A DNA stretch of 64,000 nucleotides from an uncultured Acidobacteriota bacterium (lineage in GTDB: Bacteria; Acidobacteriota; Terriglobia; Terriglobales; SCQP01), in the NCBI GenBank assembly GCA_937898755.1, contig CALEJU010000005.1, positions 3,056 through 67,055 on the forward strand. The letters are read 5' to 3'. Below, piece by piece: positions 43,501 to 53,466 of the stretch. The position numbers and the translations under genes are program-made. The notes under the pieces are model-generated. The model was not told the origin of the DNA, searched no databases, and saw only the letters and a program-made list of their open reading frames with translations. How positions within the stretch are numbered: position 1 is the stretch's first letter; every line of letters begins with the position of its first letter.

Positions 43501-43529
43501 TGTATAGAATCTGCGCCAAGGAGTGTCAA
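43501..43529 (-). promoter_or_regulatory. Near-consensus promoter TTGACA-N17-TATACA with upstream T-tract
   Basis: The minus strand reads GATTTTTTTCTTGACACTCCTTGGCGCAGATTCTATACA. It drives the micro-ORF at 43446. Confidence 0.55.
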
Positions 43530-43654
43530 GAAAAAAATCGCTGCGGTGATGCGCGGTGATGCGCGCGTCACCCACCGTCACCGCATCGCGCATGCAACCC
43601 AAGGTTGCCACCTTGCGTCGTAGAAGTGCCCACACGTCACTCCACGCTCCGATC

Positions 43655-44761
43655 ATGATGACCGCACGTCGCGTCTCGCGCTTCACCATGCTTCCCTCAT
43701 CTCGCATCCCGTTTTTGATGCTGCCGCTGGCGGTGATCGCAATGACGCTCATGCCGGCGCGCGCCGCAGCGCAGCAAATCCAGGGCGCGCCCGCGCCTTC
43801 ATCCACGCCGGCGCCGCAGAACGCCGCACCAACCGTCTCTCCCATTGCACCCATCGTGAGCAATGTGGACCTGGTGAATTTCGTGTTCAGCGTGCAGGAC
43901 AAACGCGGCGGCTTCGTCCCCGACCTGAAAGCGACCGACTTCCGCGTCTTCGAAGACAACCGTCCGCAGACGATTCGTTTCTTTACCGCCGAGGAGCAGG
44001 TGCCCCTCACCCTCGGGCTCCTGCTCGACACCAGTCCCAGCCAGGGACGGGTGTTGCGCGAGGAGCAGTCACTGAGCGACGCCTTCTTTCAACACGTGCT
44101 GACCTCCAAGGATTTGGCCTTTGTGCTCGGCTTCGATGTCGACACGCGAATCCTGCAGGACCTCACCGCCTCCAAGTCGTTGTTGCGCGCTGCGGTGGAC
44201 TCGGCTCATATCGGCGGCGGCGGCGTCTCGGGACTGATCAACCCCGGCCCGTTTCCCAGTCAGAGTTCCTCCGGTGCCACCCACCTCTGGGATGCCATCT
44301 ACCTCGCCTGCCACGAGCGCTTGGCGCAGCAAGTGGGTCGCAAGGCGATCATCGTCATCACCGATGGTGTTGATGAGGGCAGCCACTACACAGACGCTGA
44401 TGCCCTACGCGCGCTACTCGAGACCAACGTCATTCTGTACGTGATCGTCGCCTCGGATGCCAGCTTCTACGGTGGCTATGGCGGCTTCTCCATGGTGGGG
44501 GGTGGGGCGGCTCGCATCAGCAAGCTCGCCGACTCGAGCGGCGGCCACAGCTTCCGGGCCGATGAGCGCAACATGTCCCGCGCCTTTGACCAGATCGCCA
44601 GCGAATTGCGCAGCCAGTACACCATGGCCTACCGCTCTGACCGGCCGCAGCGTGACGGCACCTTCCGCAAGGTACGCATTGAACTGGCGGCGGGCGAACA
44701 AGCCGGACACAAGATTCGCGCCCGACGCGGTTACTACGCCCTGCCGGCATCGACGCCATGA
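43655..44761 (+). CDS. VWA-domain protein with VWFA-related acidobacterial N-terminal domain, secreted
   Basis: Signal peptide ...AVIAMTLMPARAAAQQ. VNFVFSVQDKRGGFVPDLKATDFRVFEDNRPQTIRFF is the pattern I associate with the acidobacterial VWFA-related domain. DTSPS MIDAS-like motif. Confidence 0.7.
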   Translation: MMTARRVSRFTMLPSSRIPFLMLPLAVIAMTLMPARAAAQQIQGAPAPSSTPAPQNAAPTVSPIAPIVSNVDLVNFVFSVQDKRGGFVPDLKATDFRVFEDNRPQTIRFFTAEEQVPLTLGLLLDTSPSQGRVLREEQSLSDAFFQHVLTSKDLAFVLGFDVDTRILQDLTASKSLLRAAVDSAHIGGGGVSGLINPGPFPSQSSSGATHLWDAIYLACHERLAQQVGRKAIIVITDGVDEGSHYTDADALRALLETNVILYVIVASDASFYGGYGGFSMVGGGAARISKLADSSGGHSFRADERNMSRAFDQIASELRSQYTMAYRSDRPQRDGTFRKVRIELAAGEQAGHKIRARRGYYALPASTP

Positions 44762-44780
44762 CGCGGTCGCGATTGAAAAC

Positions 44781-45548
44781 CTAGTCGGCGCCGATGCGAC
44801 GCTCCCAGACCGGGGCAAAGCTCATGCGGTGCAGCGGGCTGGCACCGAAGCGTTCCAATGCCGCCAGATGACGCGGCGCACCATAACCCTTGTTGGACGC
44901 CAGATCGTAGGCGGGAAACACGGCCGCCCAGCGCCGCATCAGCGCATCGCGATAAACTTTCGCCACGATCGAGGCCGCGGCGATGGAGTGGGAGAGCGCA
45001 TCTCCATGAATCAGGGCGCGCTGGGGTCCTTGCCATTCGAGGCGGACCGCGTCTACCAGCAGGTAATCGGCTTCCGGCCGGAGCTGTTCCACGGCGCGAT
45101 GCATGGCCAGCCGGGACGCTTGGTAGATATTGCGGAAATCAATCTCGCCGGCATCAACGCCGGCAACCGCCCACGCCAGGGCACGCTGGCGTATCAGGAT
45201 GTCGAGGCGTTCTCGCTCCGGTGCGGTGAGCTGTTTGGAGTCATTGAGGCCGCGGATCGGGCGCGCGGGGTCCAGAATGACGGCCGCGGCCACGACGGGT
45301 CCAAACAATGCGCCCCGGCCCACCTCGTCCACGCCCGCTACGCGGCATGCGCCCTGCTTTTCGGCCACACGCTCATAGCGACGCGAGCATCGCAGCGGCG
45401 CACCGACTTTCGGGGAGGGCGAACTTTCCTCTGCGGCAGCGGCTGCAGGGGTGGACGGCAATGCGCAAACCGCTTCCTCCGTGGATGCCGGTAAGCCGGA
45501 TGCACCATCCGAGCGGCGTTTTAGGAACGCAGGCTGCATGCGCAACAC
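44781..45548 (-). CDS. rnhB: Ribonuclease HII
   Basis: VAGVDEVGRGALFGPVVAAAV and DSKQLT motifs. The N-terminal ~55 aa extension makes the true start uncertain. Confidence 0.85.
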   Translation of the reverse strand: MLRMQPAFLKRRSDGASGLPASTEEAVCALPSTPAAAAAEESSPSPKVGAPLRCSRRYERVAEKQGACRVAGVDEVGRGALFGPVVAAAVILDPARPIRGLNDSKQLTAPERERLDILIRQRALAWAVAGVDAGEIDFRNIYQASRLAMHRAVEQLRPEADYLLVDAVRLEWQGPQRALIHGDALSHSIAAASIVAKVYRDALMRRWAAVFPAYDLASNKGYGAPRHLAALERFGASPLHRMSFAPVWERRIGAD

Positions 45549-45597
45549 GGAGCAGGCGTCAGCTTAAGCTGCCTGCCCCGACCCGCGGGCGTTCAGT

Positions 45598-45999
45598 TCA
45601 TACCGACGCTTTTTCGGTGGCAGACTTCTTCTTCTTCGAGGTTGCGGTGCTCTCCACTTCGCGAATGCGAGCCGCCTTGCCGCGCAGGCCGCGCAGGTAA
45701 TACAGCTTGGCGCGACGCACCCGTCCGCTACGCACCAGTTCGACGCGGTCAATCACACGCGAGTTGACGGGGAAAATCCGTTCCACGCCCTGGCCGAAGG
45801 AGATCTTGCGCACCGTGAACGAGCCCCGATGGCCGCGGTCACTGCGCGCGATGCACACCCCCTCAAAAGCCTGCACGCGCTCCTTGTCGCCCTCCTTGAT
45901 GCGTACATGCACCCGCACCGTATCCCCGGGATTGAAGACGGGCAACTTGGTCCCAGCTTGGCTGGCCATGAACTTTTCCATCGCTCGCACTGCACTCAT
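45598..45999 (-). CDS. rplS: 50S ribosomal protein L19
   Basis: [30 protein letters not shown]...[19 protein letters not shown] is canonical L19. Lys-rich C-terminal tail. Confidence 0.9.
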   Translation of the reverse strand: MSAVRAMEKFMASQAGTKLPVFNPGDTVRVHVRIKEGDKERVQAFEGVCIARSDRGHRGSFTVRKISFGQGVERIFPVNSRVIDRVELVRSGRVRRAKLYYLRGLRGKAARIREVESTATSKKKKSATEKASV

Positions 46000-46187
46000 G
46001 ACTCTTCTCCTGAAACCGCCCACTCGACAACCGCTGTTGCGGGGTTGGGGCGCCGTCCGGGCAGGTCGCCCGCGCTCCGGACGCATACGCTTCAACGGTT
46101 GAACGTTGCTGGGGATGTGACGCGGCCTGAACCGCTGGTCTGAATTGTAACAAAGGACGCCCGGAAAACCCAAGGCCGACCGCGACG

Positions 46188-47015
46188 TCACGGCAATGAC
46201 TCATCCTCGGACGGCGGCCCCGCCTCGCGCTCGATTTCGCGCAGCAGCGACTGCCATGCGGCCGGCATTCCCTCCGGCAACAGGTCGGGGCGATGACGGC
46301 GCGTCTTGCGGAGCGCCTCCTTGAGCCGCCAGCGGCGAATCACGGCGTGATGACCCCCGCGTAGCGCCTCGGGCACTTCCCAACCTTGGAACTCGACCGG
46401 TCGTGTGTAGTGCGGGCAATCCAGGATTCCGGGCAATGGCGGCTCATCCGGCTCAGATGACGCCGCGCCGCCGCCAAAGGATTCGTTTCGGCATGACTCT
46501 TCATGGCCGAGCACTCCGGGTATCAGACGCGCGACGGCATCAAGCACGATGGCCGCGGCCAACTCACCTCCACTCAACACATAGCTGCCGATGGAGAGTT
46601 CCTCATCGGCCATGTGCTCCGCCACGCGTTCATCCACTCCTTCATAGCGTCCACAGATCAGCACGATCTGCTGGTAAGCGGCCAAGCGCCAGGCGTCGGC
46701 CTGCCGGAAAAGAGGTCCCTGCGCGGAGAGCAGGATCACGCGCGCCGGCGCGGGCTGAATCAGGTGGCGTTGGACGCGCGCGGCCGCCCCCGTTACGTGC
46801 TGCAGACATTCCCAGATCGGCTCCGCTTTCATCACCATACCTTCGCCCCCGCCAAACGGGCGGTCGTCGGTGGTGCGATGCAGGTCGTGGGTAAAATCGC
46901 GCAGTTGGTGGAGATTGACCTTCAGCAGACCCGATTGGCGGGCGCGCGCCACCACGCCGTATTCCAGCGGACCGTGGAAAAAATCAGGAAAGATGGTGAG
47001 CAGGTCGAATTGCAT
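46188..47015 (-). CDS. trmD: tRNA (guanine37-N1)-methyltransferase
   Basis: [36 protein letters not shown] and [15 protein letters not shown] motifs. Confidence 0.9.
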   Translation of the reverse strand: MQFDLLTIFPDFFHGPLEYGVVARARQSGLLKVNLHQLRDFTHDLHRTTDDRPFGGGEGMVMKAEPIWECLQHVTGAAARVQRHLIQPAPARVILLSAQGPLFRQADAWRLAAYQQIVLICGRYEGVDERVAEHMADEELSIGSYVLSGGELAAAIVLDAVARLIPGVLGHEESCRNESFGGGAASSEPDEPPLPGILDCPHYTRPVEFQGWEVPEALRGGHHAVIRRWRLKEALRKTRRHRPDLLPEGMPAAWQSLLREIEREAGPPSEDESLP

Positions 47016-47025
47016 GGCGTCTCGC

Positions 47026-47604
47026 TCACTCCGCCTTTGGGGCGGCGGGTCGGTTGACATCCAGGAGACCGTCGGGCAGCTCCATCGTGATCCGCTTCGC
47101 GCCCACGTCCACCCCCCGCACAAATCCAGCGGCAAACGGAATCAGGATCTCGTTGCCGTCCGGTGCGAGAACGTGGAACAGCAACGTCGCACCAGGAATC
47201 TCTTCCAGCACCTGGACCCGACCCACGAGCTCGCCCGCCGCCCACACCTCGCAGCCCTCCAGATCGGAGACAAAGTATTCCTCCGGCGCCAGCAGCCGGC
47301 GTTCCGCTATGGGAAGCTGCACCTCCGCCCCCACCCATGGCTCGGCGGCATTCAGGTCTTCGATGCCCTCCAGTTGCAGAATCACCAATCCCTTGTGCGG
47401 CCAGTGACGGAGGAGGCGGAAGCCGCGGCGCGCACCTTGTGCACCCAGCAGAAAGACTCGTTCCAGTCCTGCAAATCGGTCGGGAATATCGGTCAGAAGC
47501 CGCGCGCCCAATTCCCCGTGTCGCCCCTGCGTCTTCACCACCCGTGCAAGAGCTACGTAGGCCTGTTCCGGGCTGGGGGTGACGTCGGCCATGCGGCGCA
47601 TCAT
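47026..47604 (-). CDS. rimM: 16S rRNA processing protein RimM
   Basis: [17 protein letters not shown]-terminus, a PRC-barrel C-terminus and conserved operon position. Confidence 0.85.
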   Translation of the reverse strand: MMRRMADVTPSPEQAYVALARVVKTQGRHGELGARLLTDIPDRFAGLERVFLLGAQGARRGFRLLRHWPHKGLVILQLEGIEDLNAAEPWVGAEVQLPIAERRLLAPEEYFVSDLEGCEVWAAGELVGRVQVLEEIPGATLLFHVLAPDGNEILIPFAAGFVRGVDVGAKRITMELPDGLLDVNRPAAPKAE

Positions 47605-47669
47605 TGTCCGGGGTGGAAGGCGCGGACGCGAGACACGCAGGGCGCGCCGCGGCCAGCCAACGACGGTCG

Positions 47670-47900
47670 TTACTCGTCTATCTCGAGGCGGTAGCGCGTG
47701 GCGGAGTGACGGGCCGCCGCCGCCAGCAGGGTGCGGAGCGACCGTACCGTGCGCCCGTGGGTACCAATCAGCCGCCCCAGATCGGCGGCCGCGGCGTGCA
47801 CCTCGAGTACGGTCATCGGGCCCTCGGACTTCTCGGTGACCGTCACCGCTTCCGGCTGAGCCACCAAACCGCGAACCACGCCTTCGATGAGCTGCTTCAT
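47670..47900 (-). CDS. KH-domain RNA-binding protein (YlqC/UPF0109 family)
   Basis: 76 aa. GRLIGTHGRTVRSLRTL is a KH GxxG motif. Lies between rpsP and rimM as usual. Confidence 0.8.
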   Translation of the reverse strand: MKQLIEGVVRGLVAQPEAVTVTEKSEGPMTVLEVHAAAADLGRLIGTHGRTVRSLRTLLAAAARHSATRYRLEIDE

Positions 47901-47993
47901 GGTTCCCTCCGAGTCTTACCGTTCTTCATGCGTCGGAGACTCGGAGCGAGCGCCTTCGGCGTGTTCCATTCCCCCGACTGCCGATCCAGTCGC

Positions 47994-48266
47994 CTAGGCC
48001 GCGGGTGCCGTCTTCGCGGCTTCGGCTTGGCGTTGCTCGAAGCGGCGAATCAGTTCGCTGACCGTCTTCGACGGCTGTGCGCCCTTGCTCACCCAGTGCC
48101 GCAAGCGCTCCAGATCGAGCTCGATCGGGGCGGGGTTGGGTACCGGGTTGTAGGTTCCCAGCAGCTCCAGCGAACGCCCGTCGCGGGCCCCGCTTTTTTC
48201 CATCACCACAACGCGATAAAACGGCTTCTTCTTGGTTCCAAAACGCGACAAACGGATTGCCAACAT
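47994..48266 (-). CDS. rpsP: 30S ribosomal protein S16
   Basis: MLAIRLSRFGTKKKPFYRVVV...RDGR.LE.LGTYNP is canonical S16. Confidence 0.9.
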   Translation of the reverse strand: MLAIRLSRFGTKKKPFYRVVVMEKSGARDGRSLELLGTYNPVPNPAPIELDLERLRHWVSKGAQPSKTVSELIRRFEQRQAEAAKTAPAA

Positions 48267-48302
48267 GTTCGATTCCTTTCGCGATCCTGTTCCCTTGCGA
48301 CC

Positions 48303-49679
48303 CTAGCCCGGCGGCCGCATCCCCATCAATTTCTTGCGCAAGAACGACGAGCCGGAGACTGATTTGAACATCTTGCGCATCTCCACGTACTGCTTCAAAA
48401 CCTGGTTGACTTCCTGCACCGAGGTGCCGCTGCCACGGGCGATCCGCTTGCGGCGGCTGCCGTTGATGATCTGATGATGCTGCCGTTCCTGCTCGGTCAT
48501 GGACCCGATGATGGCCTCCACGCGGCCGAGCTGTTTCTCGTCAACCTGGGTCGAGGCCTTTTGCAACTGCTGGAAAGGCCCCACGCGCGGCAGCATCTTC
48601 ACCAGGCTTTCGAGCGATCCGAGCTTGCGCACCTGCTGGAGTTGGTTGCGGAAGTCGGCCAGTGTGAACCCATCACTGCGCAGCTTCCGTTCCAGCTCCT
48701 CCTGCTGCTTGCGATCGATCGCCTGCTCGGCCCGCTCAATCAGCGAGAGGATGTCGCCCATGCCAAGGATGCGACTGACAATGCGATCAGGGTGGAACAG
48801 CTCCAACCCGTCGGTGCGCTCGCTGGTACCAATCAACTTGATGGGCTGTCCGGTGACGCTGCGGATGGAGAGCGCCGCGCCGCCCCGGCTGTCGCCGTCC
48901 ATCTTGGTCAGGACCACTCCTGTGAGCTGCAAGTGCCGGTGAAACTCAGCCGCGGAACGCACCGCGTCCTGGCCGGTCATGGCGTCGGCCACGAAGAGGA
49001 TCTCGGTCGGATTCAGCAACTGCTTGAGTTGCGTCATCTCGCCCATCAACGCGTCATCAATGTGCAGACGGCCGGCGGTGTCGACGATCAGCACATCGCA
49101 GCCCCGGTTGAACGCATCGCGGCGAGCCGCCCGGGCGATCTCCAGCACCGCCGGAGTGCCGGCCTGCCCGCCCGCCTTGGCCAGAGCCTCATCGCCGCTG
49201 TGCAGCGGAGCCTTCAGCTCCCCGGCCAGCACCGCCAGTTGCTCGCGCGCCGCCGGCCGGTACAAGTCGACCGAAACCAGCATCGGACGATGACCGTTCT
49301 TGCGCAAGAAATACGCCAGCTTGGCGCTGGTGGTGGTCTTTCCAGAGCCCTGCAGCCCGGCCATCAGCAGCGTCGCCGGCGGCTGCGACGTCTTCACGTT
49401 CAGTCGCGCTGGCTCGCCTCCCAGCAGGTGCAGCAGTTCATCACGCAGCAGCTTGATGACCTGCTCGGCAGGCGACAGCGTGCTGAGCACTTCCTGCCCG
49501 AGCGCCTTCTGCCGGATGCCGGCAAGCAGATCGTCCGCCACCTGAACGTTCACGTCGGCCTCGAGCAGCGCCGTGCGGATCTCCTGCAGCGTGGCCTCGA
49601 CGTTCACCTCCGTCAAACGGCCTTCGCCGCGCAGAGTTTTGAACACGCGCTGTAGACGATCCGAAAGGTTCTCAAACAT
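48303..49679 (-). CDS. ffh: Signal recognition particle protein Ffh
   Basis: MFENLSDRLQ...L.G.G.L N-terminus. GLQGSGKTTT, DTAGR and TKMDGDSRGGAALS G-motifs. Met-rich M domain. Confidence 0.95.
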   Translation of the reverse strand: MFENLSDRLQRVFKTLRGEGRLTEVNVEATLQEIRTALLEADVNVQVADDLLAGIRQKALGQEVLSTLSPAEQVIKLLRDELLHLLGGEPARLNVKTSQPPATLLMAGLQGSGKTTTSAKLAYFLRKNGHRPMLVSVDLYRPAAREQLAVLAGELKAPLHSGDEALAKAGGQAGTPAVLEIARAARRDAFNRGCDVLIVDTAGRLHIDDALMGEMTQLKQLLNPTEILFVADAMTGQDAVRSAAEFHRHLQLTGVVLTKMDGDSRGGAALSIRSVTGQPIKLIGTSERTDGLELFHPDRIVSRILGMGDILSLIERAEQAIDRKQQEELERKLRSDGFTLADFRNQLQQVRKLGSLESLVKMLPRVGPFQQLQKASTQVDEKQLGRVEAIIGSMTEQERQHHQIINGSRRKRIARGSGTSVQEVNQVLKQYVEMRKMFKSVSGSSFLRKKLMGMRPPG

Positions 49680-50005
49680 ACGACTGCACTAACGAACCCG
49701 TCCCGCCGGACCGCATCCGGAGGTAACACGCAGAAAATAAAGGTGTTTCGAAACGCAGAGGGTTGCCCCGCACGCCGCGTCACCGTTGCCAGACCAGCGG
49801 CGTCTGCCGGGGATCGCTGGAAACCCTCCTATTCTACCGGTCGCCCCGCAACACGGTCAAGGCGCCGCCGCGTCCTCTCCCGCCCACGACGTTCACCCTG
49901 CCGTCGCCGGTCCGTCATGGAGTCATGACCCTGGTCCATGCACCCGACCGTCACGCCACTTTACGATCACTGCCGGAAAACGTCAGCCGGTGGCAGACTG
50001 AGACC

Positions 50006-50365
50006 ATGATCACGGTCAACTTGAACGAGAAGTTGGCGCTGTTCTCGGACCATTGGAACCCGCGCATTGTGGGCGAACTCAATGGCCAGCATCTCAAGCT
50101 GGTGAAGTTCCTCGGCGCTTTCACCTGGCATCAGCACGCCTCCGAGGACGAGCTGTTCCTCGTACTCCACGGACGCTTTCGGATGGAGTTCCGCGATCAC
50201 TCTGTCTGGGTTGACGAAGGGGAGTTCCTCATCGTGCCCCGCGGGGTCGAACACCGCCCCGTCGCCGACACCGAGGTTCAGGTGCTGCTGTTTGAGCCGG
50301 CCACGACGCTGAATACCGGCGATGCCGGCGGCCCGCTGACGCGGGTCGCACTCGAACGCCTCTGA
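50006..50365 (+). CDS. Small cupin-domain protein
   Basis: WHQHASEDELFLVLHG...VPRGVEHRP is a cupin two-motif pattern. Start at the ATG at 50006. Confidence 0.65.
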   Translation: MITVNLNEKLALFSDHWNPRIVGELNGQHLKLVKFLGAFTWHQHASEDELFLVLHGRFRMEFRDHSVWVDEGEFLIVPRGVEHRPVADTEVQVLLFEPATTLNTGDAGGPLTRVALERL

Positions 50366-50400
50366 ATGGTCCCCGCGCTGAAGCTCAACGGCGGGGACGA

Positions 50401-51009
50401 TCACCGGCGGTCCGGCTGAAAGACCGCATCCCACTCCAGCTCAAACTCATTCTTCACGCGGATCGTCCCCAGGCCGACGCGCGCCGGCGTGATACCGAAA
50501 TCGGAAAAGCGCAAACGCATCTTGCCGCGCACCCGTAGCGTTGGACCCGCCTGGATCCAGGCGAGCGGGACACGCAGCGGCCGCGATACCCCGTGCAGGA
50601 GCAGCGCACCCTCGAACTTCCCGGTCCCGTCCGGCCCCGCCGTGGCCGTTCCCCGCAACTCGATGGTGGAATAGCGGCGGACGTCCAGTTGTTCTCGAGA
50701 CTGCAGATGCTGCGTGATGGCGTTCCGCTTGACGTTCGACGCCGCCGGATCACTGTCCACGACCTGTGCCGCGGGCAGGATCAGTTGCACACGCCACGGT
50801 ATGGGGTTTTGGGGTGGAGCAGGTCGCGCCTCCACCGTGCCACTGGCGCCTTCGGCCACGATCAGGTGTTCATCTCCGAGCGCTGCCAGCAGTCCGGTCT
50901 TGGCCAGGCGAGCGGTGAAGCGGGATTGCGATGCCAGCAGGTGGTAACTGGCCGGCGTTTGCGCCACCGCGTAGGCCGAAGCCAGGATTAAGACGGCAAG
51001 TGTCCGCAT
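50401..51009 (-). CDS. YceI-family (polyisoprenoid-binding) periplasmic protein
   Basis: Signal peptide MRTLAVLILASAYAVAQ. S.F.A...GL and GTL..HGVSRPL patterns. The ATG overlaps the mscS-like stop (TGATG). Confidence 0.6.
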   Translation of the reverse strand: MRTLAVLILASAYAVAQTPASYHLLASQSRFTARLAKTGLLAALGDEHLIVAEGASGTVEARPAPPQNPIPWRVQLILPAAQVVDSDPAASNVKRNAITQHLQSREQLDVRRYSTIELRGTATAGPDGTGKFEGALLLHGVSRPLRVPLAWIQAGPTLRVRGKMRLRFSDFGITPARVGLGTIRVKNEFELEWDAVFQPDRR

Positions 51010-51881
51010 CAGACTTCTCCGCGTGTGCCCACATTGTCCCATTGCGAGATTCTCATGCGAGGCGCCCAGGCGGTCATGCCGGCGCGCTCCAACTCGGACT
51101 TGATCGCCGCGCGCAGGGCGCGGAGGATGTCTGCCTGCGCGCCGGGTACCGTCCGAACTTGGATGAGGTAATCAACCTCATCCCCATGAATGCGCTCGAT
51201 CCCGGCCACGGTGGGTTCGGCCTGGAGCCGCGCCGCGATCCCCGGGTCGTCGCGGAGCCGGGAGGCGGCCAGTTGCAAGACGCCCATCACGGCCTCGCTC
51301 GCCTCCGGGTAGTCCACCGCCACATTCAGGCTGGCCAGCGCCCAATCCCGGGTCTGATTGCTCACCACCTTCAGTTCACTATTGGGAATGAAATGGACCG
51401 TGCCGTCCAGGTCCCGCAACACCGTACGGCGCAAGGTGAGCCGCTCCACCTTTCCCTGCACGCCCGCGGCCCGCACCGTGTCGCCCACCTGGAACTGATC
51501 ATCGAGCAGCACAAAGAAGCCGGTCAGCACGTCCTTGATCAGGCTCTGGGCGCCAAACCCGACCGCCACGCCCACCACGCCCGCCCCGGCAATCAGCGGC
51601 CCTACGGCAATGTCGAGCTGCTGCAAGATCTGCAACCCGGCCAGCGTAAAGATAATGGCCGTGATCGCCCCATTGCTGACGGAGACCAGGGTGCGAAGCT
51701 GCTGCTCGCGCACCATGTCGCGGTGCCCTTCGGCAATGGCCAGCAGGCGGCGTCCCAAGGCCCGGAGCATCCAAACCAACAGAACTGCCACCACCACAAT
51801 GGTGAGCACACGGATGCCGTGCACGTGCAGCCAGTCCATGACCTCGGCCGAGTTGCCGAAAATGCGCTCCCAGACGTTCAT
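51009..51881 (-). CDS. Mechanosensitive ion channel (MscS family)
   Basis: Three N-terminal TM helices, then GFGAQSLIKDVLTGFFVLLDDQFQVGD... is the conserved MscS pore/beta-domain junction. Confidence 0.8.
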   Translation of the reverse strand: MNVWERIFGNSAEVMDWLHVHGIRVLTIVVVAVLLVWMLRALGRRLLAIAEGHRDMVREQQLRTLVSVSNGAITAIIFTLAGLQILQQLDIAVGPLIAGAGVVGVAVGFGAQSLIKDVLTGFFVLLDDQFQVGDTVRAAGVQGKVERLTLRRTVLRDLDGTVHFIPNSELKVVSNQTRDWALASLNVAVDYPEASEAVMGVLQLAASRLRDDPGIAARLQAEPTVAGIERIHGDEVDYLIQVRTVPGAQADILRALRAAIKSELERAGMTAWAPRMRISQWDNVGTRGEV

Positions 51882-52090
51882 GCGATGGCGCTGATTATAC
51901 CTGCCGCCGTCGCACTGCCCGCCCCGCGATCCCACGCCCGTCCACGGCACGGACCGAACAGCCCTCGGGAATGACGGCGCCGAATCCGACACCGACAAGG
52001 TCCCGTTTCGGGGTTAGGCGGGCAAAGGCTCCGGCGGACGACGCGCCGCCGGAGAAAACTTGTAAAGTAAAAAATTGGAGGCGCTTGTTT

Positions 52091-52480
52091 ATGCCGTCGC
52101 CCTTGCCACGACCACGCCCCGTCAATCGAAAGCGCCATCGCGGCTGGATGGCGTTACCACTGCTGGTCGCGTTGGCCGCAGCCTCTCCGGTTCGCGGGCA
52201 GCAGGTACAGACTGACAACGCCGCCGACGCGCCCTGCGCCGGTTGTCCCGGGCCCCAGGTCGATCCACAATTGGCGCGCCGACAGAAGCACGATCTGGCC
52301 AAACTGCACAACCAGCAACTGAAGAAGGACGCCGAGACCCTGCTCAGCCTGGCGCAGGAACTCAAGGCCGCCACCGACAAGTCCAATCAAGATGTGCTCT
52401 CGCTGCACATCGTCGAAAAGGCGGGGCAGATCGAGAAGCTGGCCAAACGGATCAAGGAATCCATGCGCGATGGGCGTTAA
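52091..52480 (+). CDS. Hypothetical secreted coiled-coil protein
   Basis: Signal-like WMALPLLVALAAASPVRGQQ, then a charged helical region. No recognisable family; start is either 52091 or 52148. Confidence 0.4.
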   Translation: MPSPLPRPRPVNRKRHRGWMALPLLVALAAASPVRGQQVQTDNAADAPCAGCPGPQVDPQLARRQKHDLAKLHNQQLKKDAETLLSLAQELKAATDKSNQDVLSLHIVEKAGQIEKLAKRIKESMRDGR

Positions 52481-52528
52481 CCCGCGGGAGCCCGGGGACC
52501 GAGCCCTCGCGTGGCCGAGGCGCCGGCG

Positions 52529-52849
52529 TTACACGTCGTGCTCCGCCTTTTCGCCCTTCTCGCCGCGCTCCACGATATCGCCGGTGGAGAACAGGACCGC
52601 CTTCAATGCGGCCCGCCATTTCGGTTGCTGCCGCAGCAGGAATTCCAAGTCCATCCCGAAGTGTTTAAACTCCTCCTCCTGCGCATTGCGCATGATGGCC
52701 TTGGCCTGCGCATCCTTCTCGACCGCCATGCGCTGCTCGTACCAGTTGATCGCCTGCGCCTCTTCAATGAGCGACTGGATCATGCGCGCGAAGGTTCGCG
52801 TCTCCTTCGGCAACTCGTCAGGAGGCTCGTGGTACTGATCGAAGCCCAT
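52529..52849 (-). CDS. EncFtn-like (encapsulated-ferritin family) ferritin-like protein
   Basis: 106 aa. IEEAQAINWYEQR and AQEEEFKHFGMDLEFL align with the EE...WY and EExxH metal-site motifs of Rhodospirillum rubrum EncFtn as I recall it. No G-S-L-type C-terminal targeting peptide. Confidence 0.6.
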   Translation of the reverse strand: MGFDQYHEPPDELPKETRTFARMIQSLIEEAQAINWYEQRMAVEKDAQAKAIMRNAQEEEFKHFGMDLEFLLRQQPKWRAALKAVLFSTGDIVERGEKGEKAEHDV

Positions 52850-53229
52850 TATCTTGACCTGCTCTTTCGTGCCGCGCTACGGAGGCGACGCTGCGACGGG
52901 GCGCCATCGCCCAGCGCGGCAGGTCGCGGCTTTTTGGAGGAGACGGTATGCGGCTGTTTTCCGAGTTCGCGCCAGTTCGCTTCCTGCACATCAACTCCGA
53001 GGCGCTGGGCCGCTTTCTTGACCTTGACGAATGCCCGGTCGCGTTCGGCATCGCTGACGCCCTCAACCTGGTTAAACCGCGCCAGAGCATTCCTCACGTG
53101 GGCGGCGTTCGTCAGGGGTTCCTTGCGCTGTTTCGGGAACGCAAAGGCCGCCTCGGGCAGTTTCTCCCGGTCCTTGACAGCCAGCGTCCTTTGCCCGGTG
53201 GAGGGTTTCCGCTTCGTGCGCGTCGCCAT
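52849..53229 (-). CDS. DUF6582-like small basic protein
   Basis: EAAFAFPKQRKEPLTNAAHVRNALARFNQVEGVSDAERDRAF..VKKAA..LGV is the conserved core of this family as I remember it. AGGAGAGG RBS. The stop overlaps the EncFtn-like ATG (TAATG). Confidence 0.5.
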   Translation of the reverse strand: MATRTKRKPSTGQRTLAVKDREKLPEAAFAFPKQRKEPLTNAAHVRNALARFNQVEGVSDAERDRAFVKVKKAAQRLGVDVQEANWRELGKQPHTVSSKKPRPAALGDGAPSQRRLRSAARKSRSR

Positions 53230-53466
53230 TGATCCTCTCCTGCGATGGATCCCCGACGGGGCGCCCGGTCGAGCCTCCCGACGGTGCATGTAACTCAGCC
53301 CCATGGGATGCGCGCGTTGCCGGCAGCGTTGTCGGGCAAGTAGCGATGGGAGGCGGGTTTTTGGGGGATACGGGGTGGAGGATCGGATGAATCAGGTGTC
53401 TCCTTACCCCCCACTCACTTGCTTCACACACACTTTTGAATCATCGGCACATGCGAGGTGCCGGAC

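Noticed and set aside
43492-44031. The 179-aa minus-strand ORF overlapping the VWA gene start and the micro-ORF promoter.
   Set aside because: It is antisense to a well-supported VWA-domain gene, and the translation lacks any motif. The promoter at 43501..43529 is better explained as driving the 18-codon ORF.
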